From an uncultured Nitrospinaceae bacterium (lineage in GTDB: Bacteria > UBA8248), in the NCBI GenBank assembly GCA_964005815.1, contig CAXFSR010000008.1, positions 1 to 44,568 of the forward strand: DNA of 44,568 bases, read 5' to 3'. Shown one piece after another: positions 27,492 to 35,794 of this stretch. The first letter of the stretch is position 1. Every line of letters starts with the position of its first letter. The position numbers and the translations under genes are program-made. The notes beneath the pieces are model-generated. The model was not told the DNA's origin. It was given only the letters and a program-made list of their open reading frames with translations, and ran no database searches.

Positions 27492-28286
27492 TTGTCATTT
27501 AGACTTTTTCATGTAGATGCTTTTACTCAATTTCCATTTTCTGGAAATCCTGCAGCTGTTTGTATTTTACCAAGTTCTGCAGATGAAACATGGATGCAAA
27601 GAGTTGCATCGGAAATAAATTTGTCGGAGACAGCTTTTATTAATAAAAAAGATAGTGAGTCTTATTTTTTGCGTTGGTTTGCACCAAAAGGTGAAGTTGA
27701 ACTTTGTGGACATGCAACACTTGCGAGTGCTCATGTATTATGGGATGAAGGATTACATCCATATGATCAAAGAATAAAATTTATAACAAAGATTGGAAAA
27801 ATAAGTTGTAAGGCAGTGCAAAATTGGATACAGATGAGGTTTCCGATAATAGAGTTTGAGGAAGAGAGTCTCCCTAAAGAAATAGCTGACTACATAGGAA
27901 CAATTCCCAAATTTTGTGCTAAGACATCATTGAATGATTTTCTGCTTGAAGTAGAGTCTGAAGATGTTCTGAAAGCCTTGCAGCCTAATTTTCAAAAACT
28001 TCAAGAATTAGAATGTAGAGGTGTGATTGTTACGGCATCATCTGATGAGAATGATTTTGATTTTGTGTCCCGCTTTTTTGCTCCATCTATCGGAATAGAT
28101 GAAGACCCAGTCACCGGTTCCTCTCATTGTTCATTAGGAACGTTTTGGTCTGAAAAATTTTCAAAAAAAATACTGATAGGAAAGCAAATTTCTGAAAGAG
28201 AAGGTATTATTAAGGTTAGTGTTGAACAAGATAATATTATTCTTTCTGGCCAAGCGGTGACTTTGGTGCGGTCTGAACTTTTTTAA
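27492..28286 (+). CDS. PhzF/YddE-family isomerase (DAP-epimerase fold)
   Basis: VDAFT..PFSGNPAAV, INLSETAF, LRWF, EVELCGHATLA, SRFFAP, EDPVTGS. TTG start with SD aggag. Confidence 0.9.
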   Translation: MSFRLFHVDAFTQFPFSGNPAAVCILPSSADETWMQRVASEINLSETAFINKKDSESYFLRWFAPKGEVELCGHATLASAHVLWDEGLHPYDQRIKFITKIGKISCKAVQNWIQMRFPIIEFEEESLPKEIADYIGTIPKFCAKTSLNDFLLEVESEDVLKALQPNFQKLQELECRGVIVTASSDENDFDFVSRFFAPSIGIDEDPVTGSSHCSLGTFWSEKFSKKILIGKQISEREGIIKVSVEQDNIILSGQAVTLVRSELF

Positions 28287-28308
28287 TTTTCATGTTAAGG
28301 AGATATAG

Positions 28309-29499
28309 ATGAATTTTAATCCGCAGGAGTGTGCTGCGAGTCGGCTAGATTTGATACCTTTTTCGGGTATTCGAAAAGTTTTTGATGCAGTGTCAGCTTT
28401 AGAAGCACAAGGGAAAGATGTGGTTCATTGGCAGATTGGACGCCCAGATTTTGATACTCCAGTTCATATAAAAGAAGCTGCTAAAACGTCACTAGATAGA
28501 GGCGACGTTCATTATGCGCCCAGTACAGGTATCCCAATTTTAAGAAAAGGAATTGCCGAAAGAACAGAGATTGATACTGGAGTTTCTGTTGATCCTGATA
28601 CTCAAGTTATAGTTATGGCCGGAGCGAATGAAGGGATTCTCGTTTCAATGTTAGCTCTTATAAATCCAGGCGATGAGGTCATTATTGCAGATCCAAATTG
28701 GCATCATTATAAGTCATGTGTGTCAATTGCTGGAGGTGTCCCAATTGAAGTCGAAACAAAAGAAGAGCATGGATTTAATCTTCGTTCAGATGATATAAAA
28801 AATAAGATCAATTCAAATACAAAAATGATCTGTCTTACCTCTCCTGGAAATCCGACAGGCTGCGTTATTCCTGAAGATGAACTACAAAAAATAGCTTCGT
28901 TAGCTATCGAAAATGATTTGATTGTTATTTCTGATGAAATATATTCCCGTATTTATTTTGGAGAAGAGTCTGTTGCACCTAGTATTTTTTCGCAGTCAGG
29001 GATGTCTGAAAGGACAGTCATTATTAATGGGTTCTCTAAATTCTTTAGCATGGATGGATGGAGGCTTGGATGGACGATTGCTAGTCCAGAGATCTCAAGA
29101 CACCTACTTAAAATCAGACAATATACAACAGTTTGTGTGAATACTTTTATTCAACATGGTGCTGCTGCTGCAATAGCAGAAGATCAAACACCAATGGAAG
29201 AAATGAAAGAAGCTTTCTCATTACGCAGAAATATAATAGTAGATGGTCTGAAATCTATTAAGGGTGTTTCATTGGCTTTGCCAACAGGCGCTTTTTACGC
29301 TTTCCCTAATGTGAAAGCTTTTGGTCCAAGTTCTGCCGATGTAGCAGATTATCTTTTAAATGAACATGCTATAGCTACAATAGATGGAGGAGTTTTTGGG
29401 AAAGCAGGCGAAGGTTATTTAAGGATTGCTTATTCCTGTTCAAGCGAAGAGTGTGAAAAGGGAGTAGAAAGGTTAAAAACTGCTTTAGAAAAAATCTAA
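28309..29499 (+). CDS. Class I/II PLP aminotransferase (aspartate aminotransferase-like)
   Basis: IGRPDFDTP, SPGNPTG, SDEIY, GFSKFFSMDGWRLG, GAFYAF, LRIAY; SD aggag. Confidence 0.9.
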   Translation: MNFNPQECAASRLDLIPFSGIRKVFDAVSALEAQGKDVVHWQIGRPDFDTPVHIKEAAKTSLDRGDVHYAPSTGIPILRKGIAERTEIDTGVSVDPDTQVIVMAGANEGILVSMLALINPGDEVIIADPNWHHYKSCVSIAGGVPIEVETKEEHGFNLRSDDIKNKINSNTKMICLTSPGNPTGCVIPEDELQKIASLAIENDLIVISDEIYSRIYFGEESVAPSIFSQSGMSERTVIINGFSKFFSMDGWRLGWTIASPEISRHLLKIRQYTTVCVNTFIQHGAAAAIAEDQTPMEEMKEAFSLRRNIIVDGLKSIKGVSLALPTGAFYAFPNVKAFGPSSADVADYLLNEHAIATIDGGVFGKAGEGYLRIAYSCSSEECEKGVERLKTALEKI

Positions 29500-29535
29500 T
29501 ATAAAATCAGAATGGGAGAATAGACAAATTTCATT

Positions 29536-29889
29536 TTAGTCTGCTCTCCCATAATCATCTTCTTTTCTTTCAATATCCTCTTCTGTGAGTGAGGAACCTC
29601 TTTGTATCTCTATAAAAATCAGATCAATTGATCCTGAATTAGAAATTCGATGCCATGCGTTTTGAGGTATGTCTACGGAGGTTCCGGTTTCTATATGAAT
29701 TCTTTTTTCTTCTAGTTGAAGTTCTCCTTTGCCATTTATAACATGCCAGTGTTCACTTCTGTATAAATGTCTTTGTAAACTTAATCTATGTTGAGGTTTT
29801 ACTACTATCTTTTTTACTATGAACCCGTCTTCTTTATGTAAGGTAACAAAAAATCCCCAAGGCTTTTTAAATTTGTCTTTTCCTGACAT
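29536..29889 (-). CDS. Stand-alone cupin, phosphomannose isomerase type II C-terminal-like
   Basis: KPWG, VKKIVVKP, LSLQRH..RSEHW, HRISN, IEIQRG, EEDIER..DDYGR. Confidence 0.88.
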   Translation of the reverse strand: MSGKDKFKKPWGFFVTLHKEDGFIVKKIVVKPQHRLSLQRHLYRSEHWHVINGKGELQLEEKRIHIETGTSVDIPQNAWHRISNSGSIDLIFIEIQRGSSLTEEDIERKEDDYGRAD

Positions 29890-29911
29890 TGTTTTTCAAA
29901 TATCCTATTTT

Positions 29912-30571
29912 CTAGTTAGGGTTTAGTTTCTCGAAAAAATAGCCTGAAGTTACTCCCAGAAAACTCCAGAAAAGTAGAGAAGTAATAAGTATTGCAATGT
30001 GAAATTCTGTTTGTAAAATTTTTAATTCATTATTTATTTGTGATTCTGGAAGTGACAAGGATACTAAATGTGGAAGCAAGAGAATAATCAATCCAAAAAC
30101 TTTTATAAATGTTTTAGTTAATACAATAAGCAATAGTCCAATTGCAGTACATGTTGTTGTTAATAGCCATAGCAAATTATGTTCGCTAAGAGGCAATGAC
30201 ATATCTCCTGGTAGTTTTGGAGTAATGACTATAGAAGGCATCAATGAAAAAACTACAAATCCTGCTATACCCAATAAAAATCCTTTTTTTGTATCAAAAT
30301 GTTTTACGAAACCACTAGAAGAAATTATCAAAAGTGCAAATGAAATTGATGTGATAGTATTTGCAGAAAATGTTTTGAAAAAAGTTTTTGAAAAGAAATG
30401 TTTCTCAGGATGATTTTTGTGATGATGATTTTTTGGATTATGCGTTGATTTTATCTCAAATTTTTCAGCATTACGAATTAGGGGTGTTATCCACGCCTGC
30501 TGAAAAATCGTTACCAGAGATCCAGACAATAATCCTGCAATCGCCGCAGAAAAGATAATACGTTGAACCAT
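29912..30571 (-). CDS. cbtA: Cobalt transporter subunit CbtA
   Basis: RIIFSAAIAGLLSG, TPLIRNAEKFE, His-rich loop, GF..F.L.P...PKLPG, LLLPHL, SLLFW.FLG; directly follows cbtB. Confidence 0.85.
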   Translation of the reverse strand: MVQRIIFSAAIAGLLSGSLVTIFQQAWITPLIRNAEKFEIKSTHNPKNHHHKNHPEKHFFSKTFFKTFSANTITSISFALLIISSSGFVKHFDTKKGFLLGIAGFVVFSLMPSIVITPKLPGDMSLPLSEHNLLWLLTTTCTAIGLLLIVLTKTFIKVFGLIILLLPHLVSLSLPESQINNELKILQTEFHIAILITSLLFWSFLGVTSGYFFEKLNPN

Positions 30572-30583
30572 TCGATTCCCTTT

Positions 30584-30781
30584 TTAGTGACAAGGGAACA
30601 TGAATGAGTGCCTAGTGTCATGCGCGGCATCATGTAGGATTTCAGTTTGAGCAAACCCAACGGCATAAAGCAAGAAAATTCCAAGTATGAATGCCACTAA
30701 AAATGGAAGTTTTACTGATAAAGAAGAAAAGAGTTGGAGTCCTCTGTCTTGGACTGAATTGAATAGCTCGTTTCTTATCAT
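30584..30781 (-). CDS. cbtB: Cobalt transporter subunit CbtB
   Basis: Single TM segment followed by GFAQ..ILHDAAHDTRHSFMFPCH, the CbtB signature. Confidence 0.92.
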   Translation of the reverse strand: MIRNELFNSVQDRGLQLFSSLSVKLPFLVAFILGIFLLYAVGFAQTEILHDAAHDTRHSFMFPCH

Positions 30782-30832
30782 AATGCCCCCTTGTTTTTAT
30801 TTGTAATGCTTTAACTATACATTTTAATGGAG

Positions 30833-30879
30833 TTTAAACTTCGCCAAAAGTCAGAAGTTAACTTTTAGCGAAGTTTAAA
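30833..30879 (-). terminator. Long hairpin between the cyclase gene and cbtB (probable terminator or stabiliser)
   Basis: tttaaacttcgc-c-aaaagt / actttt-a-gcgaagtttaaa with a 9-nt loop. The C/A mismatch becomes a G-U pair on the minus strand, giving a 19-bp stem. No clear U-tract. Confidence 0.6.
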
Positions 30880-30890
30880 TTTATTCTTTT

Positions 30891-31667
30891 TTACTCATCT
30901 AAAATTGCTACTGCACGAATCCAAGCTCCACTTGCACGCTCTACTTTGATTGGGAACATAGAGACTTGGAATCCGAATTCTGGTATTTGATCCAGATTTG
31001 CAAGTTTCTCTGCGTGAATATATTCCTTATCTCTTCCAAGGTAGTGGCTTCCGAAGAAATCTTTTGTATTACCTTCCAATCTTAGTTTGGCCATTTGATT
31101 CGTTGGAATATCAAAACCCCATGCATCTATTCCCATTACTTTAATTCCTTGATCTACTAGCCATGAAGTTGCGTCTGCGCTCATTCCAGGGTGAGACTGC
31201 TCAAAATCAGGTGTATAGAGGTATTTGGTTGTATGATCGGTTCGGATCAAAACTATATCCATAGGCTTTAAATCATATCCTTTTTCTGAAAGTGACTGCA
31301 CTTTGTTTTTTACTTCATCAACTGTAATATTATGGCCTCGTTCGGCATCGTGAAAATCGAGTACCACACCATCACCAAAGCACCATTCTAAAGGCACAAG
31401 ATCGATAGTCTTTGATGGTTCTCCCTCACAAGTTGGTCCATAGTGATATGGAGAATCAAGATGAGTTCCACTGTGTGTACTAACTGCGCTAATATTTTCT
31501 GTTGCACAGTGCATATGATCTGGGAAATAACTAGTATCAGGAAATTTGTATGCTTTTGTTCTCGAGCGACCAAGTTCATGATGCGCAACGTATTGTATGA
31601 CAGCAGGGTTATTTTCCATTGGGGCATTTTGTAGGGGAATGCTTAAATCAACAAATTTTCTACTCAT
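30891..31667 (-). CDS. Cyclase-family metal-dependent hydrolase (kynurenine formamidase-like)
   Basis: FVDLSIP, HSGTHLDSPYH (HxGTHxDxPxH), DIVLIRT, HPG, GIDAWG, EKLANL, GAWIRAVA. Confidence 0.88.
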   Translation of the reverse strand: MSRKFVDLSIPLQNAPMENNPAVIQYVAHHELGRSRTKAYKFPDTSYFPDHMHCATENISAVSTHSGTHLDSPYHYGPTCEGEPSKTIDLVPLEWCFGDGVVLDFHDAERGHNITVDEVKNKVQSLSEKGYDLKPMDIVLIRTDHTTKYLYTPDFEQSHPGMSADATSWLVDQGIKVMGIDAWGFDIPTNQMAKLRLEGNTKDFFGSHYLGRDKEYIHAEKLANLDQIPEFGFQVSMFPIKVERASGAWIRAVAILDE

Positions 31668-31799
31668 TTTGTCTTGCTCCTAATTAATAAATTACTTAAG
31701 TTATAGTATGACAACAAACAAAAAATATATCTTTCTTTTTGATTTTTTTTAGATTCTTAACTTATTCTACAGAAAAAGAAATCTCATTCAAATTCTTTT

Positions 31800-32234
31800 C
31801 TATTTTTTTAATCCATCTGGAATTGCAGCTACATTACCTCTTTTCTTTAAGTTAGGAAATACTTCATTCCACGCAATCCTTGCTGCTTGAAGCATATATG
31901 GCATCCCACAGTAAGTAGCCATTTGAATTATTACTTCTATGATTTCTTTTTTTGATGCTCCACAATTCCATGCAGCAATAATATGTGTTTTTAATTGAGG
32001 ATGAGCATTTGCCATTACACAAGCCGCGACGGCACAAAGTTCTCTGGTTTTCTGAGGCAAAATATTCCTATCATATAGTCCTCCATAGCAAAAATCCATA
32101 AATAATTTCATGAATTCATCGTCAGCCCAAGTTGACATGTCTTCTGCAATTTTTTCAGTAAATGCCTTGTTCCATAGTGCAGTACCTCGCTTCATAGCCT
32201 TTGAAGGTATTCTTGTTTTTTTTCTTTGCGCCAT
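31800..32234 (-). CDS. Carboxymuconolactone decarboxylase (CMD/AhpD-like) family protein
   Basis: F.YGGLYDR..LPQKTRELCAVA, QLKTH..AA.N.G....EI.EVIIQ...YCG.P. Confidence 0.85.
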   Translation of the reverse strand: MAQRKKTRIPSKAMKRGTALWNKAFTEKIAEDMSTWADDEFMKLFMDFCYGGLYDRNILPQKTRELCAVAACVMANAHPQLKTHIIAAWNCGASKKEIIEVIIQMATYCGMPYMLQAARIAWNEVFPNLKKRGNVAAIPDGLKK

Positions 32235-32383
32235 AGTTTTCCCTTTTTTTATTTGTGATTCATCTTTAGTTTTGAAATTTAAAAGTAATTTGAGGTGTCA
32301 ATTTTTTACACGCCGTAAGTTTTATGTCAAATATTTAAACTCAAAATCTGTTTTTTCTCTTTTAAATTTAATTTTATGCTGTT

Positions 32384-32407
32384 AATATTTAGACATGCCT
32401 AAATATT
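32384..32407. promoter_or_regulatory. Putative DtxR/MntR/TroR-family operator upstream of troA
   Basis: Inverted repeat AATATTTAG-ACATGC-CTAAATATT. The core TTAGacatgcCTAA resembles the TTAGG-N4-CCTAA boxes of MntR/SloR/ScaR-type regulators. It ends 48 nt before the start codon. Confidence 0.7.
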
Positions 32408-32455
32408 TTATTAGTGTTGCATTAATATAGAGTGATTTTATAGAGGATTGATAGA

Positions 32456-33451
32456 GTGAATTTGAAATCGTTGTTGAAATTTCTCGTTTTTAAAATGATT
32501 TTTTGCGTAATGTTATTGTTTCTAGATGGAAACAATATAATTGCTGCACCAAAATCTTATCCATTTAAGGTGACAACTACTGTTGGAATGGTGGGAGATG
32601 TCGTAAAGAACATCGTTGGTGAGAAAGGAAAAGTTAGAAATATTATTGGAGAAGGTGTTGATCCCCACGTATATAGGGCGACTCGTAATGATGTTTTTCA
32701 ACTTTTAAGAGCTGATATAGTTTTTTACTCAGGACTAATGCTTGAAGGAAAGATGGGAGATGCTTTAGTAAGAGTTGCGATGAAGAAACCTGTATATGCT
32801 GTTACACAGCTTGTAGATGAGAAATTTCTTTTACAACCAGCTGAATTTGATGGACAGTATGATCCACATCTATGGATGGATGTTAGTGCATGGAAAATGG
32901 CAGTAAAGGCAGTTGTCGATAAATTAGTAAAGTTCGACCCTAAAAATAAAGTTTATTATTTGAAAAGGGCGAGTAAATATCTATCTGATTTAGAAAAACT
33001 CCATAAATATGGGTTGAAATCCATTAGTTCGATTCCCAAAGACAAAAGAGTATTGATTACTGCTCATGACGCCTTCAATTATTTTGGACGTGCTTACGAT
33101 ATTGAAGTTAAAGGGATACAAGGACTTTCTACTGAATCAGAAGCAGGATTGAAGGATATCAATAATATCGTAGACGACATAGTAAAACGTAATATCAAAG
33201 CTATTTTTGTTGAGACAAGCGTTTCATCTAAGAATGTAAAGGCTATTATAGAAGGTGCTAGTGCTAGAGGGAAAAAGGTAGTTATTGGAGGTGTTCTTTT
33301 TTCTGATGCAATGGGTAATCCTGGGACATATGAAGGAACCTATATTGGGATGCTAGATCATAATATTACTGTGATCACAAGATCTTTAGGTGGAAAAGCA
33401 CCTGTTCTGGGAATGAATGGAAATCTTAAAAAATCTGTCAGAAAACATTAA
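32456..33451 (+). CDS. troA: Mn/Zn/Fe ABC transporter substrate-binding protein (TroA/cluster A-I)
   Basis: GVDPHVY, DPHLWMD, TAHDAFNYFG, FVETSV, LFSDAMG (His/His/His/Asp ligand set); N-terminal signal peptide. Confidence 0.9.
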   Translation: MNLKSLLKFLVFKMIFCVMLLFLDGNNIIAAPKSYPFKVTTTVGMVGDVVKNIVGEKGKVRNIIGEGVDPHVYRATRNDVFQLLRADIVFYSGLMLEGKMGDALVRVAMKKPVYAVTQLVDEKFLLQPAEFDGQYDPHLWMDVSAWKMAVKAVVDKLVKFDPKNKVYYLKRASKYLSDLEKLHKYGLKSISSIPKDKRVLITAHDAFNYFGRAYDIEVKGIQGLSTESEAGLKDINNIVDDIVKRNIKAIFVETSVSSKNVKAIIEGASARGKKVVIGGVLFSDAMGNPGTYEGTYIGMLDHNITVITRSLGGKAPVLGMNGNLKKSVRKH

Positions 33452-33478
33452 TTTTTTTAAAATTTTTGAAAAGGGCAA

Positions 33479-34309
33479 TTGATAAAGATGTTCAGGGTGA
33501 AAAAAAATAATCCAAATCAGTTTTCTTTTCATATGGATGAGCATCCTTCGGATGTTCCTATTGCGGTTCATGATCTTACTGTTTCGTATAGCAGGAAACC
33601 GGTTCTATGGGATGTAGATTTAAATGTGCCTAAAGGAAAACTAGTTGCAATAGTTGGACCTAACGGAGCAGGTAAAAGTACACTTTTGAAATCTATTCTG
33701 CATCTTATTCCAATAGCTAGTGGTGCAGTGAAGATTAATGGAGGGACTTTTAAAAGGAATAAACATCTTATTGGATACGTTCCTCAACGAGAAAGTGTTG
33801 ACTGGAACTTTCCTGTCAATGCCTTGGATACCGTCGTTATGGGTATGTATCGAAAGATTGGATGGTGCCTTCCAGTGTTACGACGCCATAAAGAATTTGC
33901 AATGGAGTGTCTACGAAGAGTAGGAATGGAAGATTTTTATAATCGTCAAATTAGTCAACTCTCTGGTGGTCAACAACAACGAGTTTTTATAGCTCGTGCA
34001 CTTGCCGAGAGAGCTGAAATCTTTTTAATGGATGAACCATTTGCAGGTGTAGATGCGAGGACAGAAAGAGCAATTGTAACGTTACTCAAAGAAATTAGCA
34101 GTTCAGGTAATACTGTTCTTGCTGTTCATCATGATTTAAATACTGTTCGTGAATATTTTGATCATGTTATTTTACTTAATTTGAGAATTATTGATTCTGG
34201 TTCGCCTGACTCTGTTTTAACAGAAGAAAATTTAAGGAGAACATACGGTGGACGTCTAACTTTATTAGATAAAGCTGCTACTGCTTTGTCTAATTTAGAT
34301 AGAGAATAA
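33479..34309 (+). CDS. troB: Metal ABC transporter ATP-binding protein
   Basis: GPNGAGKST, YVPQR..VDWNFP, LSGGQQQRVFIARAL, MDEPFAGVD, VHHDL. The true start is probably a downstream ATG. Confidence 0.92.
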   Translation: MIKMFRVKKNNPNQFSFHMDEHPSDVPIAVHDLTVSYSRKPVLWDVDLNVPKGKLVAIVGPNGAGKSTLLKSILHLIPIASGAVKINGGTFKRNKHLIGYVPQRESVDWNFPVNALDTVVMGMYRKIGWCLPVLRRHKEFAMECLRRVGMEDFYNRQISQLSGGQQQRVFIARALAERAEIFLMDEPFAGVDARTERAIVTLLKEISSSGNTVLAVHHDLNTVREYFDHVILLNLRIIDSGSPDSVLTEENLRRTYGGRLTLLDKAATALSNLDRE

Positions 34310-34324
34310 TTAAAGAGGCATAAT

Positions 34325-35734
34325 GTGAAAAAAAAGTTTTATTTTCTATTGTTTGTTATTCTTCTTTTTATTCCTTGTTTAAATCCTTCCTTATTTTCGG
34401 AACCTTCATCTCTAGTTTTGAAGCATCAACATAATTTTAATTGGCCAAGTTCAGAAGATTTTCTGCGAATTATTAGTTTGAGAGATTATAATACGCGGAT
34501 AGTTTTACTTGGTACTATGTTTTTCGGTTTTGCTTCCGGAATGATTGGCGTTTTTGTTACTTTACGAAAACGTGCACTAGTAGGTGATGCTATTAGTCAT
34601 GCTAGTCTTCCAGGAGTGGTAATCGCGTTCATTTTAATGGTCTCAATTGGTGGAACTGGTAAGTTTTTGCCTGGATTATTGTTGGGAGCACTTATCTCAA
34701 GCTTAATGGGTGTAGGGGTTATTTTACTTGTTAGAAATTACACTCGTTTACACGAGGATGCAGCACTTGGAATAGTTCTTAGTGTTTTTTTTGGTTTTGG
34801 AGTAGCACTTTTAGGAATTACCCAGAAAATGAAAGAGGGGAATTCTGCTGGTTTAGATTCGTTTATTTATGGAAAGACTGCGTCTATGTTAATCAGTGAT
34901 GCTTGGTTGATACTCGCAGCTGCTTTCGTAGTCTTAATTTTATTAATTATGTTTTTTAAAGAGTTCACAATTCTTTGTTTTGATGAAGAATATACTCGTG
35001 CATGTGGCTGGTCGGTTTTTGCTCTTGATTTGACAATGTTGTTTTTAACAGTAGGAGTTACTGTAATTGGTCTACAAGCAGTTGGACTAATTTTAGTAGT
35101 GGCTTTACTTATAATTCCTCCGATTTCGGCACGATTCTGGACTTCAAATATAAAAAAAATGTTTCTTATTTCATCATTTCTTGGTGCAATTAGTGGAATT
35201 TTAGGTGCTGCTGTAAGTGCATTAGTGCCAAAATTGCCTGCAGGAGCTTTAATTGTACTTGTTTGTGGTATTCTTTTTCTTCTAAGTTTTCTGTTTGGTT
35301 CTGAATCAGGGATGTTTATTCAACTATATCGAAGTTTAAGATTTCACTACCGCATTCTAATTCAAAATTTACTTCGTTCAATGTATGAGATTGCAAACTC
35401 AAAACAATCTTTTAAAGAAGATGATTTGAATAATTTCATGATTGATTATGAAGAATTATTTAATTTCAGGAGTTGGAAAAAAATATCTCTAATGATAGCG
35501 ATTGAACTTTCAAAATTTAAAAATTTAATTATAAAAACTAAAAAAGGATTAATTTTTACTAAATCGGGGTATTTGGAATCTGTAAGAATTTTTCGAAATC
35601 ATCATTTATGGGAATTATATCTTTTGAATTACGCAGGGGTGGGATTAGGTCACGTCGATCATTTTGTAGATGATATCGAACATATTATTGAAAGTAAAAT
35701 ATTGCAAGAATTGGTAGAAGAGCAAAGGAATTAG
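34325..35734 (+). CDS. troC: Metal ABC permease with C-terminal DtxR/MntR-like domain
   Basis: GDAISHASLPG, EDAALG, FFKEF...FD, GLQAVGLILV. The tail NLLRSMYE...FTKSG...RNHHLWELYL...HVDHFVDDIEH is DtxR-like. Confidence 0.88.
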   Translation: MKKKFYFLLFVILLFIPCLNPSLFSEPSSLVLKHQHNFNWPSSEDFLRIISLRDYNTRIVLLGTMFFGFASGMIGVFVTLRKRALVGDAISHASLPGVVIAFILMVSIGGTGKFLPGLLLGALISSLMGVGVILLVRNYTRLHEDAALGIVLSVFFGFGVALLGITQKMKEGNSAGLDSFIYGKTASMLISDAWLILAAAFVVLILLIMFFKEFTILCFDEEYTRACGWSVFALDLTMLFLTVGVTVIGLQAVGLILVVALLIIPPISARFWTSNIKKMFLISSFLGAISGILGAAVSALVPKLPAGALIVLVCGILFLLSFLFGSESGMFIQLYRSLRFHYRILIQNLLRSMYEIANSKQSFKEDDLNNFMIDYEELFNFRSWKKISLMIAIELSKFKNLIIKTKKGLIFTKSGYLESVRIFRNHHLWELYLLNYAGVGLGHVDHFVDDIEHIIESKILQELVEEQRN

Positions 35735-35794
35735 AGAAAGAATTAAAAGAACTAACTTTACATTTTTTCAATGAAGTTGCTTAGGAGTTTAAGA

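Noticed and set aside
30782..30890. Cobalamin riboswitch upstream of cbtB
   Set aside because: The region is too short, AT-rich and lacks recognisable B12-box motifs; only one simple hairpin is present.
35723..35784. Possible frameshifted C-terminal extension of troC (alternative frame ...KELEKELKELTLHFFNEVA*)
   Set aside because: The in-frame tail ILQELVEE already matches the expected final helix and no slippery site is evident, so this is probably chance.
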